Below are positions 27,529 to 37,186 of a stretch of 63,087 nt of DNA, one piece after another; position 1 is the stretch's first letter, and each line of letters opens with the position of its first letter. The notes under the pieces were generated by a model, which saw nothing but the letters and a program-made list of their open reading frames with translations, searched no databases and was not told the DNA's origin. The DNA lies in contig PTLH01000001.1 of the NCBI GenBank assembly GCA_002938035.1, positions 1 to 63,087 on the forward strand, read 5' to 3'. The stretch comes from Alphaproteobacteria bacterium MarineAlpha3_Bin6 (GTDB lineage: Bacteria; Pseudomonadota; Alphaproteobacteria; Rhodospirillales; UBA2165). The translations under genes were made by a program, and so were the position numbers.

Positions 27529-27996
27529 ATGAATAATATAGCTACTCACGAAGGTGGATGCCTCTGCGGAACGGTACGATACAAGACGGAGGGTGACCCT
27601 AAATACGTTGGTATTTGCCACTGTCGTTATTGTCAACTGCGAACAGGCAGTGCGTTTGGCATTTCGGTCTACTTCGATAGTGGTCAAGTTAACGTGCTTC
27701 AGGGAAACACCTCCCTGAAGTCTTTTAAATATCCGACAGAGTCTGGGAGGCAGAGCCATCTTCAGTTCTGTTCTGATTGTGGTACCACGTTGTTATGGAG
27801 TAGTCAGTGGCGCCCCAGTATGACGGGGATCGGTGGAGGTACTTTTGATCCACCTACGTTTTGGTATAAAATTGAACGGGAAGTATTTTGTAGATCCAAA
27901 GCAAAATTTATTAATACAGATGTTAATAATCAATTTGATACTGGCCCGGTTTACACGCCTTTGAACGAGGAAGCATTGAGGTTGAAGGGCGGTTGA
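27529..27996 (+). CDS. GFA (glutathione-dependent formaldehyde-activating / CENP-V) family protein, copy 1
   Basis: HEGGCLCG..VRY, CHCRYCQ and FCSDCGT zinc-binding Cys motifs. Confidence 0.85.
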   Translation: MNNIATHEGGCLCGTVRYKTEGDPKYVGICHCRYCQLRTGSAFGISVYFDSGQVNVLQGNTSLKSFKYPTESGRQSHLQFCSDCGTTLLWSSQWRPSMTGIGGGTFDPPTFWYKIEREVFCRSKAKFINTDVNNQFDTGPVYTPLNEEALRLKGG

Positions 27997-28159
27997 GCAT
28001 TACCCGTTTTCCTACAACGAGTTTATGATGATAAAATCGAGTTCCAGAAGTCTTCTAATTCCATTAAACAACTGCTGTAATGCTAAGACCTTTAGACGAC
28101 GGCGGCGGTAGGTTGTTACTTTTCCCGGATTTTTCTGCGCTTATAACGGAGGATATATC

Positions 28160-28945
28160 ATGGCTAACCAGTCTATATCTCTTTTGGGTCGATCCGCCCT
28201 GGTAACTGGTGGGGCAAGCGGCATTGGTGCAGCGACGGCTGGTTTATTGTGTGAACTAGGAGCCAAGGTTGCGCTAGCTGATATCAATGCTGACGGGCTC
28301 GTAAATGCACAGGAAATCGTAGGTGCTTTTAAGACATTCATCGGAGACGTATCTGTCGAGGATGAGGCCGAGGCAATTGTTGCTGATGCGGCTAACGCCC
28401 TAGGGGGGCTTGATGTGGTCGTAAACGCCGCCGGCTTAGTTGACGAAGTTAAATTTGCGATTGAGCGTGATATTGGACCGTGGCAGAGAATCATGGATGT
28501 AAACTTCCGGGGTACATTCCAAATATGTCGTGCAGCGGCCCGCATTATGGTACCCCAGAGGCGCGGCTCTATTGTTAATATAGCATCAGTAAATGGCCCT
28601 GGGGGATGGCCAAGGCGCACGGCATACGGACCCTCCAAAGCTGCTGTGATTGCACTTACACGCGAACTTGCTTGCGAATGGGGAATTCATGGTGTGCGTG
28701 TTAATGCTGTCGGTCCTGGTTACATCACGACCCCAATGGTTCAAGGCCTCGTTGATGAAGGTAAAATTGATACAAATAGGCTGTGCGATCGCACTCCGAT
28801 TGATAGACTAGGTACACCCGATGAGGTTGCCCGGGCAATAGCGTTTTTAGTCTCTGATTGGGCTTCTTATATTACGGGGGAAACGTTATTTGTTGATGGT
28901 GGTTGGATGGCCTATGGCGGAGCAGGCGATGTAAAAACCTTTTAG
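28160..28945 (+). CDS. SDR family NAD(P)-dependent oxidoreductase
   Basis: TGGASGIGAA cofactor motif, NAAG, and catalytic Y..SK (YGPSKAA). Confidence 0.9.
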   Translation: MANQSISLLGRSALVTGGASGIGAATAGLLCELGAKVALADINADGLVNAQEIVGAFKTFIGDVSVEDEAEAIVADAANALGGLDVVVNAAGLVDEVKFAIERDIGPWQRIMDVNFRGTFQICRAAARIMVPQRRGSIVNIASVNGPGGWPRRTAYGPSKAAVIALTRELACEWGIHGVRVNAVGPGYITTPMVQGLVDEGKIDTNRLCDRTPIDRLGTPDEVARAIAFLVSDWASYITGETLFVDGGWMAYGGAGDVKTF

Positions 28946-28985
28946 TGTTTGGAATTATAAAACCAATACTCCCGTGGAGGTGATA

Positions 28986-30044
28986 ATGAAAAACATTGGC
29001 GTTGCTGTGATTGGACTAGGCGGAATCGGAACACTCCGTGCCCATTCTTGCGCACAGATCCCTCAAGTTGGTCATTTGGCAATATGTGACATCGATCCTG
29101 GCAAACTGGACAAACTTTCTGAAGCAGTCAAGGCAGACATAGTTACAGAAAATTATGAAGAGGCTATAAATGATGAACGAATTCAATCGGTTATAGTATC
29201 GACAGATGAAGAATCACACTACGGCCCAGCGAAGCTAGCTGCTGAACTAGGGAAGCCTGTCCTTATAGAAAAACCGTTCGTTTTAAACCTAGACGAGGCA
29301 GATGATATCATAGCAACGGCGAAGCAAAATGGCTCACCTGCATTTGTCGGTTACACCCAGCGTTTTAGAAAACGTTATTTGCTGGCCAAAGAGTCTGTAG
29401 AGGCCGGACACCTGGGCGACGTCGTAATGGCATTCGGAAAAATCTACGTTACCCGAGCAGTTGGTGAAGCTGTAGCGCGACGTTCACCCAATACGACGCC
29501 GTCAATCAACACTCTGACATATATGGTTGATTTAATACTCTGGTATATGGAGGGGAAAACTCCAGTGGAAGTTTACGCCCGTTCTGCCAGTAAAGTGTTC
29601 AAGCCATACAATCGAGATGATTTTCAATGGATGATAGTTACGTTTGATGATGGAAGTGTTGCGACCCTTGGGACGAGTTGGCTACCTCCTCATCATTGGC
29701 CTGCATATACAGCTACGATGGAGATTGATCTTCAGGGAACGGGAGGTTCATTGAATATTGATGATTCCCACCGTGACTTTGTGCTTGCCTCAGCAGAACC
29801 AATTCCTTGCCCCTATACACCAGAACATGAGGTAAAAGTAGCATTCCTAGGGTCTGCAATGCCTGGAGATTTTGCATTAGGAGAATTCTTTGGGCCAATG
29901 AAGGAAGAAACCGACTCCTTTATCAGATACACTCTCCAGATGGGTGGCGTCGGTTTGGCAACGGCTGAGCATGCACGTGACGTCCTCGCTTTAACAATGG
30001 CTGCTGATAGATCATGTAAGGAGAATAAACCTATCAGAATATAG
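28986..30044 (+). CDS. Gfo/Idh/MocA family oxidoreductase
   Basis: MKNIGVAVIGLGGIG Rossmann start after GGAGG (the ORF track starts at 28974). EKP motif (LIEKPF). Confidence 0.85.
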   Translation: MKNIGVAVIGLGGIGTLRAHSCAQIPQVGHLAICDIDPGKLDKLSEAVKADIVTENYEEAINDERIQSVIVSTDEESHYGPAKLAAELGKPVLIEKPFVLNLDEADDIIATAKQNGSPAFVGYTQRFRKRYLLAKESVEAGHLGDVVMAFGKIYVTRAVGEAVARRSPNTTPSINTLTYMVDLILWYMEGKTPVEVYARSASKVFKPYNRDDFQWMIVTFDDGSVATLGTSWLPPHHWPAYTATMEIDLQGTGGSLNIDDSHRDFVLASAEPIPCPYTPEHEVKVAFLGSAMPGDFALGEFFGPMKEETDSFIRYTLQMGGVGLATAEHARDVLALTMAADRSCKENKPIRI

Positions 30045-30206
30045 CTCTAATGGTTAAATAGCTTGGATCTCAAACCATCATTTCTTCGGAATCTACGGAA
30101 GCACTTTTAGGAGTGGCTTCAAGTGATGTTCATTTACCTTGATTTAAAGACGTTATTCATAAGAATTGTAGATTCAAGAAAGAAACACCAGGTGATAGGA
30201 TCAAAT

Positions 30207-30674
30207 ATGAACAAACTGGATACGCATGAAGGTGGATGCCTTTGCGGGGGCGTTCGCTATAAAACGGAAGGTAACCCGGAATATGTTGGTCTTTGCCACT
30301 GCAGGTACTGCCAGTTAAGAACCGGAAGTGCGATGGGCATATCGGTCTACTTTGAAAACAATTTAGTCTCCATAAACACAGGCGAAACCTCAATTAAACC
30401 GCATGAATTTCAAACCGAGTCGGGCGGTAATTTTGTGATCCAGTTTTGTAGTAATTGTGGAACGTCCTTATTCTGGCGTCTAACTGCCCGTCCCGGTCTT
30501 GTGGGAGTTGGGGGCGGTACCTTTGATCCCCCTACTTTCTGGTATGAGGTTGAAAGAGAAGTGTTTTGCAGATCAAAGGCTGATTTTATTCATACGGACA
30601 TCAAAGACAAATTTGTCTCTGCTCCAACGTATCAACCGATCAAAGATGAGGCGGTACATTTGAAGGGCGGCTAG
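30207..30674 (+). CDS. GFA family protein, copy 2 (paralog of 27529-27996)
   Basis: MNKLDTHEGGCLCGGVRY... Same Cys motifs and length as copy 1, collinear similarity over the full length. The ORF track extends upstream to 30123. Confidence 0.85.
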   Translation: MNKLDTHEGGCLCGGVRYKTEGNPEYVGLCHCRYCQLRTGSAMGISVYFENNLVSINTGETSIKPHEFQTESGGNFVIQFCSNCGTSLFWRLTARPGLVGVGGGTFDPPTFWYEVEREVFCRSKADFIHTDIKDKFVSAPTYQPIKDEAVHLKGG

Positions 30675-30777
30675 AACAAACTATCCGTCGATTATATTAT
30701 TCCAACATTTTAGTGTTCTCTGTCTTAAAAAATAATGCTAATTTGTCCTATAGATAAATATATGGGAACCTAAACTA

Positions 30778-31170
30778 ATGTATTCGGAAACTACGCGGGC
30801 CATACGAATTTCAGTGGATACCAGCTACATAGACGACCAGTCTGAGCCGGATGACTTCCATTACGTTTGGGCTTATCACATACGTATCGAAAATAATGGT
30901 GATGAAACCGTCCAACTCTTACGCCGTCATTGGCATATAACAGATTCAAAAGGAAGGGTCCAAGAAGTCCGTGGAGAAGGCGTGGTTGGGGAAAAGCCAG
31001 TTCTGGAACCTGGTGAGACTTACGAATATACCAGCGGTACACCACTTTCAACGCCATCAGGTTTTATGGTTGGTTCGTATCAGATGGTAAATGAGGATGG
31101 AAAACGTTTTAGCGTTTCGGTTCCGGCTTTTTCGCTTGATTCTCCTCACGAAATTGGTCTCCTAAATTAA
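30778..31170 (+). CDS. apaG: ApaG (DUF525) protein
   Basis: 130 aa. YVWAYHIRIENNGDETVQLLRRHWHITDSKG...V.G.GVVGE.P.L.PGE.YEYTSG is the ApaG signature. Confidence 0.85.
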   Translation: MYSETTRAIRISVDTSYIDDQSEPDDFHYVWAYHIRIENNGDETVQLLRRHWHITDSKGRVQEVRGEGVVGEKPVLEPGETYEYTSGTPLSTPSGFMVGSYQMVNEDGKRFSVSVPAFSLDSPHEIGLLN

Positions 31171-31271
31171 TCGATTTTAAGTTCGTAGAAGAAAGTCTAG
31201 GCGTTAAAACTAGCGAAAAGCTTAAAAAAAACTATTTTTAAGTTTCAGAAACTAGAGATTATAACGTTGTA

Positions 31272-31955
31272 GTGCAGCTAGGCCGGTTGTATGCCGGGCT
31301 TTTTCCTGAAAGGAAAAGTAGAGTGAGTGTAGAAAAAGCCGAGAGATTGATTAAGGAAGAGCAAGTTTCACGAGTAGAGAAGCCAAGCCGAGAAGAAGCA
31401 GAAAGGGCTGTTCAAACGCTGTTACGTTGGGCTGGAGATGACCCTTTCCGTCCGGGTCTAATCAATACCCCCGGCCGTGTGGTAAGGGCCTATGAGGAAT
31501 ATTTTCGGGGTTACAATGAGGATCCATATGAACTACTTGGCCGTACTTTTGATGAAACGGAAGGTTATGATGAGATGATCGTTCTAAAAGATATTTCTTT
31601 CGCCTCCCACTGCGAACATCACATAGCTCCAATTATAGGAAAAGCACATGTTGCTTATCTTCCTGATACCAAAGTTGTTGGTATCAGCAAGCTCGCGCGG
31701 TTAGTTGAAGTTTACGGTAAGCGTCTTCAGATCCAAGAAAAGATGACGGCGCAAATAGCAAACACGCTCAATGCTGTTCTTGAACCCAAGGGGGTAGCAG
31801 TTGTGATCGAGGCTGCGCACGAGTGCATGACAACGAGAGGCGTGGATAAGCCGGGCGTAAACATGGTCACCAGTCGTATGCTTGGTGCGTTTAGAAGTGA
31901 TGGTGCTACCCGTCGCGAACTCCTGGCTATGATTGGAAATCCACTCGGGAGCTAA
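31272..31955 (+). CDS. folE: GTP cyclohydrolase I
   Basis: [20 protein letters not shown] and QIQEKMT motifs. The start is uncertain (alternative GTG about 31326). Confidence 0.9.
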   Translation: MQLGRLYAGLFPERKSRVSVEKAERLIKEEQVSRVEKPSREEAERAVQTLLRWAGDDPFRPGLINTPGRVVRAYEEYFRGYNEDPYELLGRTFDETEGYDEMIVLKDISFASHCEHHIAPIIGKAHVAYLPDTKVVGISKLARLVEVYGKRLQIQEKMTAQIANTLNAVLEPKGVAVVIEAAHECMTTRGVDKPGVNMVTSRMLGAFRSDGATRRELLAMIGNPLGS

Positions 31956-32044
31956 AAGAGGCTAATAAAAGAAGTCTTGACCCTTTTCACGGTCGAAGTT
32001 CATATACTTAATTTTGATCGAATTGAGTTCAAGTCAAAAACGCT

Positions 32045-33493
32045 GTGATCGATTTTCGTCCCATATTTCTCATACTCGGATTTCTGTTGACCACATTGGC
32101 CGTCATGATGATGGTTCCTGCTGCCGTCGATATATTTGCTGATAATCCCGATTGGCAAGTGTTTGCCGCAGCTGGTGGTGTCACACTTTTTGTCGGCGTT
32201 TCATTGTCACTTACAAGCAGAACGGGAGGAGCCAAACTTTCGGTTCGCCAGGCATTTATACTGACCACCCTCAGCTGGGTTGTTTTGACCGTATTCGCGG
32301 CGCTTCCCTTCGCATTTTCACAATTAGAGCTAAGTTTTACCGACGCGTTTTTTGAGGCTATGTCTGGTATTACCACAACTGGGGCTACGGTAATTGTCAA
32401 TTTGGATACCGCCCCACCAGGCTTATTACTTTGGCGGTCACTCCTCCAATGGTTAGGTGGTATTGGAATCATAGTAATGGCCCTTGCGGTGTTGCCCTTA
32501 CTCCGGGTTGGGGGCATGCAGCTCTTCCATATGGAATCTTCTGATCAATCGGATAAAGCCTTACCGCGGACCGCTCAAATCGCAGCAGCCATCGTTGTCA
32601 TTTACCTGGCACTCACCGTTATTTGGTCTGGGGCACTTTGGTTGGCTGGACTTAGTGGCTTTGATGCTATCGCTCATGCGATGACTACTATTGCTACCGG
32701 GGGCTTTTCTACCCACGATGCTTCGTTGTCCTATTATGATAGTGCCGTAGTAGAGGCAATTACGACTGTAGGTATGATACTTGGTAGCCTGCCGTTCCTG
32801 TTATATTTATTGGCCCTTCAAGGAAGAGTAGGCGTCTTATTTAAAGATAGTCAGGTGCAATGGTTTTTTAAGGTGTTGGTGGTAGTCATTTTGTTCGTCG
32901 CAGGCTGGCTTTGGTTAGTAAATGATGTCGATCCGCTGAACTCTATCCGCTTGTCATCTTTTAATGTCGTCTCCATTATGACCGGTACAGGCTATGTTAC
33001 TGACGGTTTTGATAAGTGGGGAACATTTGCTATTCCCGTCTTTTTTTTCCTGATGTTTATTGGTGGTTGTGCCGGGTCCACGACGTGCGGTATCAAAGTC
33101 TTTCGTTTCCAAATTCTCTACGCCGCCGCAAAGACACAGTTTGAGAATTTATCCCAGCCTCATGGCGTTTTTATCCCCTACTATAATGGTAAGCCTATTT
33201 CGGATGAAGTTATGAAGTCGGTCTTAAGCTTCTTTTTTGTTTTCGGTATGACATTCGCTTTACTGGCTATCGGCCTAGCTTTCCTGGGTTTAGACTTCTT
33301 AACCAGCGTTTCAGGAGCTGCATCGGCAATCGCAAATGTTGGACCGGGCCTTGGGTCAGTAATTGGTCCGGAAGGAAATTATTTATTACTTCCGAGTTCA
33401 GCAAAATGGTTGTTGGCTATTGGTATGCTCTTGGGACGACTTGAACTTTTTACAGTCATGGTACTACTGACGCGCGCATTTTGGCGGGCATGA
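32045..33493 (+). CDS. trkH: TrkH family potassium uptake protein
   Basis: 482 aa polytopic protein. Repeated pore-loop motifs (SGITTTG, TIATGGFS, MTGTGY, GPGLG). GTG start. Confidence 0.9.
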   Translation: MIDFRPIFLILGFLLTTLAVMMMVPAAVDIFADNPDWQVFAAAGGVTLFVGVSLSLTSRTGGAKLSVRQAFILTTLSWVVLTVFAALPFAFSQLELSFTDAFFEAMSGITTTGATVIVNLDTAPPGLLLWRSLLQWLGGIGIIVMALAVLPLLRVGGMQLFHMESSDQSDKALPRTAQIAAAIVVIYLALTVIWSGALWLAGLSGFDAIAHAMTTIATGGFSTHDASLSYYDSAVVEAITTVGMILGSLPFLLYLLALQGRVGVLFKDSQVQWFFKVLVVVILFVAGWLWLVNDVDPLNSIRLSSFNVVSIMTGTGYVTDGFDKWGTFAIPVFFFLMFIGGCAGSTTCGIKVFRFQILYAAAKTQFENLSQPHGVFIPYYNGKPISDEVMKSVLSFFFVFGMTFALLAIGLAFLGLDFLTSVSGAASAIANVGPGLGSVIGPEGNYLLLPSSAKWLLAIGMLLGRLELFTVMVLLTRAFWRA

Positions 33494-33504
33494 GGAATTC
33501 AATC

Positions 33505-34677
33505 ATGGGGGATGTGTTGACACCATTTGAGATACTTAGGCGGCTCATTGCCTTTGATACGGTTTCTGCTAGGTCCAACAAAGCTATGATCGAATTCATA
33601 GCTGATTATTTGGAGGAACACGGTATCTCATGCAACATAGCCCCGAATGAGGATGGGACCAAGGCAGATATGATAGCTACAATCGGTCCAATGGTCGAAG
33701 GCGGTATTGTTCTCTCCGGTCATACGGATGTAGTGCCGGTGGAGGGTCAGGATTGGCAAAGTGAACCGTTCAATATGGTAGAAAGGGATGGATTGCTTTA
33801 TGGGCGCGGCACTTGCGATATGAAGGGTTTTATCGCTGTGGTGATGTCGCTTGTACCTGAAATGATCAAGCTCAACCTCAAGAGGCCTTTGCATCTGGTA
33901 TTCAGTTATGACGAGGAGGTAGGTTGTCTGGGCGCTCCTGCTCTCATCTCTCGCATGATTAGGGACGTTCCTATGCCACAGGCTGCCATCATTGGTGAAC
34001 CAACCAGCATGAAATTGGTGAACGCTCATAAGGGTGTCACCATCTTTGAAACGGTTGTCACTGGCTGTCCTGCACATTCTTCACAGACGCAAAGTGGGGT
34101 AAATGCTATTACGGTTGCTGCCGAATGTGTCGTTTTCCTTAAATCGAAGGCCAAAGAGTTTCAAACGGGCGGTTCTCTCGATGCACGATTACAACCCCCC
34201 TACAATACCGTTAGTGTCGGAATGATTGAAGGAGGAACCGCTCTCAATATTATCGCTGGAGAATGTAAATTTAACTGGGATTGCCGTAGCATTGCTGGTC
34301 AGGATGCGGGTCAATTACTCGAAAAGCTTGAAAGATATTGCCTAGAGGAACTTTTGCCACCCCTAAAAGAAATAGATCCAAAAGTTAAAATTGTTACCCG
34401 AAAGGTTGCGGCGATACCGCCGTTGACCCCGAGTGACGATAATCCAGCAGAGGCCTTAGTGCGACAACTCACTGGGCAAAATCAAGCCGGAGCTGTCTCC
34501 TTCGCTGCAGAAGCAGGAATGTTTCAAGATGCGGGAGTCCCTTCGGTGATCTGTGGGCCAGGAAGTATTACTCAGGCACATCAACCTAATGAGTTTGTCG
34601 AGATTACGCAGATTGATGCCTGCACCGAGTTTGTCCGGAAAATAGCTCATTGGGCGGCTGATAAAATTGATAGATAA
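33505..34677 (+). CDS. argE: acetylornithine deacetylase-like M20 peptidase
   Basis: LRRLIAFDTVS..SN N-terminus, GHTDVVP, RGTCDMKG, and a dimerisation-domain pattern. The ATG at 33505 follows GAGGA; the ORF track starts at 33481. Confidence 0.8.
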   Translation: MGDVLTPFEILRRLIAFDTVSARSNKAMIEFIADYLEEHGISCNIAPNEDGTKADMIATIGPMVEGGIVLSGHTDVVPVEGQDWQSEPFNMVERDGLLYGRGTCDMKGFIAVVMSLVPEMIKLNLKRPLHLVFSYDEEVGCLGAPALISRMIRDVPMPQAAIIGEPTSMKLVNAHKGVTIFETVVTGCPAHSSQTQSGVNAITVAAECVVFLKSKAKEFQTGGSLDARLQPPYNTVSVGMIEGGTALNIIAGECKFNWDCRSIAGQDAGQLLEKLERYCLEELLPPLKEIDPKVKIVTRKVAAIPPLTPSDDNPAEALVRQLTGQNQAGAVSFAAEAGMFQDAGVPSVICGPGSITQAHQPNEFVEITQIDACTEFVRKIAHWAADKIDR

Positions 34678-34693
34678 CGGCATCAATATTATA

Positions 34694-35740
34694 TCATAAT
34701 TTTGCTAAGGCCGGCTCATTTACCTCTGTTTGTTGTCTAATAGTGTCGTCAAGCTCAGGCATAATTTCCTCAGAAAAACGTCTGAGGGATTTTTCGTCAT
34801 CGGGTAGCAAGATGTTTACATACTCAAAACCCATTTCCTGTAATGCTTTTAATCGCACAATGATTGTTTCAGGATCACCGATCAACGCCGCATCATCCAA
34901 TTCCGCACCTTTGTCAGAGTAACTATTAGGACGTTCATTTTTTACCCCGGGGAGAGTTCCAAACCTATTTATCATTTTTGACAAACGGGCTTCCCTTCGT
35001 TGTATAGCTTCGTCATATTCTTTGTCGGATAAGGTAATTGTTAGGCCTCGAGCAAGACAAACTTCATAAGGGTCAAATTTTCTGCCGTTTTCTGTACATG
35101 CTGCCCTCCAAATATCCAGTCGTTGTTTGGTTCTTTCGAATGTAGCAAAGTGGTCAAAGAGAACGTTAAAGCCAGAACCTGAAACTGCACGGATGGAATC
35201 ATCAGAACCGGCAGCTGACCAAAGTGGGGGATGCGGCTTCTGGAAAGGAGCGGGCTCCACGATGATATCTTTAAACTTCCAATAGACGCCATCCCAACTA
35301 AACTTGTCCCTGCAAGTCCATGATTTTTTAATGATTTTGATAGCTTCTTGATACCTATCAAAGGCCTCCTCTTTTGGTATGCAAAACCCCTTATATTCAA
35401 TGTCGCGGTAGCCTTTTCCAACACCAAAATCGACCCGTCCTTGAGATAACACGTCGAGTGTAGCAACCTGCTCGGCAAGTAAAACAGGATTATGCCACGG
35501 CAAAACCGTGACGGCGGTACCTAATCGGAGTTTTGAAGTTAATGCTGATAGGTGAGATAGCAAGTTTAGCGACGCTGAAATTTGTCCGTCACCCCCAAAA
35601 TGGTGCTCTACCAAAAACATACTTTGAAAGCCTAAACTTTCTGCTTCAAGAACAATATCCATGAAAGGTTCATACCCCAGGCTGTCGCCCGAGTTACCAT
35701 CATTCTTGAGGACAGCCCCACCAAATAAACCAAATTTCAT
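34694..35740 (-). CDS. LLM-class (luciferase-like) flavin-dependent oxidoreductase
   Basis: MKFGLFGG...LGFQSMFLVEHHF start and a TIM-barrel LLM pattern. Confidence 0.85.
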   Translation of the reverse strand: MKFGLFGGAVLKNDGNSGDSLGYEPFMDIVLEAESLGFQSMFLVEHHFGGDGQISASLNLLSHLSALTSKLRLGTAVTVLPWHNPVLLAEQVATLDVLSQGRVDFGVGKGYRDIEYKGFCIPKEEAFDRYQEAIKIIKKSWTCRDKFSWDGVYWKFKDIIVEPAPFQKPHPPLWSAAGSDDSIRAVSGSGFNVLFDHFATFERTKQRLDIWRAACTENGRKFDPYEVCLARGLTITLSDKEYDEAIQRREARLSKMINRFGTLPGVKNERPNSYSDKGAELDDAALIGDPETIIVRLKALQEMGFEYVNILLPDDEKSLRRFSEEIMPELDDTIRQQTEVNEPALAKL

Positions 35741-35997
35741 AAGTATTGCACCAGATTAGGGTTAATGAGCGAAAGAAAAGTGTGAAAATTCCAAGATGGC
35801 AAAGGAGTTCCTATCAAACCTGACTAAAAGAGTAAACGTCACTGTCAAATCTGCTGAAAACCATAAATTTATCTGATGCAGCACTATTGCACGTCTTTGA
35901 ACTATTGATTACCCTAACAGAGTAGCCATGAGCTCTTAATGGGCGAGCGTCTTAATGAAGGGGCGTGACACTTTAAATTACCAGGGAGATAGTCTCT

Positions 35998-37104
35998 ATG
36001 AAGAAATCACTCACAACATTATCTGTTTCATGCGCGTTGCTTATAGGTGGAGCGAGCGTCGCGATGGCGGGGTCTCATATAACACCACAGGAAAAAAAAT
36101 TAATAGCAGGGGCCAAAAGTGAGGGCTCTGTTACTCTTATCAATCCGTTGTTAAGTGACCGCACTAGTAAGCGGTTGCAGAAAGCATTCCGGGAATATTA
36201 TGGACTTGGAGACGACTTCAAATACAACAACCTTCGTAAAGGTACTGGTGCAACGGTGTCCCAGGTTCGCCAAGAGATTAAAGCGGGGAAATTTACCGTT
36301 GACGCCATTTTGGTTAGCGCGCCCGGTTTCTTTTCTGCTGCTGCAAAAAGAGGCGCCTTTTTAAAGCTTGATAGCGGGCAATGGAAACATAGTGCCGGTG
36401 TCGCAAAAAAAGCAGGTCAGTACACCGATTACCCCTATGCAGTCGTTCCACTGGCATATGCATTCCAACCCGTTTGGAATACGGCATGCCCGGGGATGAG
36501 TAACTTTACGATAAATTCCTACGCTGGTGCTACTGTTGCGGCCGTTAAAGGTAAAACGATCAGCTCAGATATTACAAAAAGCTTCACATATACGAATACC
36601 GTCATTGCACTTGGTGAGGCGGGAGCAGTTGATTTCAAGTCTTTTTGGAAAAAGCTTAAGGCAACTGATCCTATTATCGAGTTTCGAACTGAGCCAAAAA
36701 TGCAGATGGTAATCTCATGCCAGCGCCCATTTGATATGTGGAACCTAGCCGGACGGGTTTATCAAAACGTTAAAAAGAAGCCTGATCTTAAAGGTAAGAT
36801 TAAGATAGGTTCTTTCAAAGAAGGAATAGTATTACTTGGTAACCAGATCGCAGTGCTTAAGGGGGGAAAACACCCAAATGCGGCTAAGCTTCTGGTTGAA
36901 TTTCTACTGAGTAAGGCTGGGATGGACGTTGTAGTCGAGGGTGAAGCCCTGTACACCTTTAGAGAAGGTTATAAGGCACCCGCAGCAGCTCAGCCATATT
37001 TGCTCGATTTGAGTAAAGAAAAGCTGATCGGTATGAAAGATTGGGTTGGTGCCCAGAAAAAATTTAAAGCCACCCGCGCCGAGTGGACAAAAAACTTCCG
37101 TTAA
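35998..37104 (+). CDS. ABC transporter periplasmic substrate-binding protein (family 1, Fe3+/polyamine-like cluster)
   Basis: 368 aa. Signal peptide ending VAMA/GS. Followed by permease and ATPase genes. Confidence 0.8.
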   Translation: MKKSLTTLSVSCALLIGGASVAMAGSHITPQEKKLIAGAKSEGSVTLINPLLSDRTSKRLQKAFREYYGLGDDFKYNNLRKGTGATVSQVRQEIKAGKFTVDAILVSAPGFFSAAAKRGAFLKLDSGQWKHSAGVAKKAGQYTDYPYAVVPLAYAFQPVWNTACPGMSNFTINSYAGATVAAVKGKTISSDITKSFTYTNTVIALGEAGAVDFKSFWKKLKATDPIIEFRTEPKMQMVISCQRPFDMWNLAGRVYQNVKKKPDLKGKIKIGSFKEGIVLLGNQIAVLKGGKHPNAAKLLVEFLLSKAGMDVVVEGEALYTFREGYKAPAAAQPYLLDLSKEKLIGMKDWVGAQKKFKATRAEWTKNFR

Positions 37105-37117
37105 TTCGAATTATACG

Positions 37118-37148
37118 CCGGACCCCGCTAACGCTGGGTCCGGTTTTT
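37118..37148 (+). terminator. Rho-independent terminator / intra-operon attenuator after the SBP gene
   Basis: ccggaccc-cgctaacgct-gggtccgg stem (8 bp, GC-rich) followed by ttttt, 14 nt after the SBP stop codon. Confidence 0.6.
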
Positions 37149-37186
37149 CCTACCACTAATATTAAGTTTCACCTTCAGTATAAGGA

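Noticed and set aside
28141-28638. 165-aa minus-strand ORF antisense to the SDR gene (also 32029-32517, antisense to trkH)
   Set aside because: The products are Ala/Pro/Ser/Thr-rich and lie in locally GC-richer coding DNA. The sense-strand genes have unambiguous family motifs.
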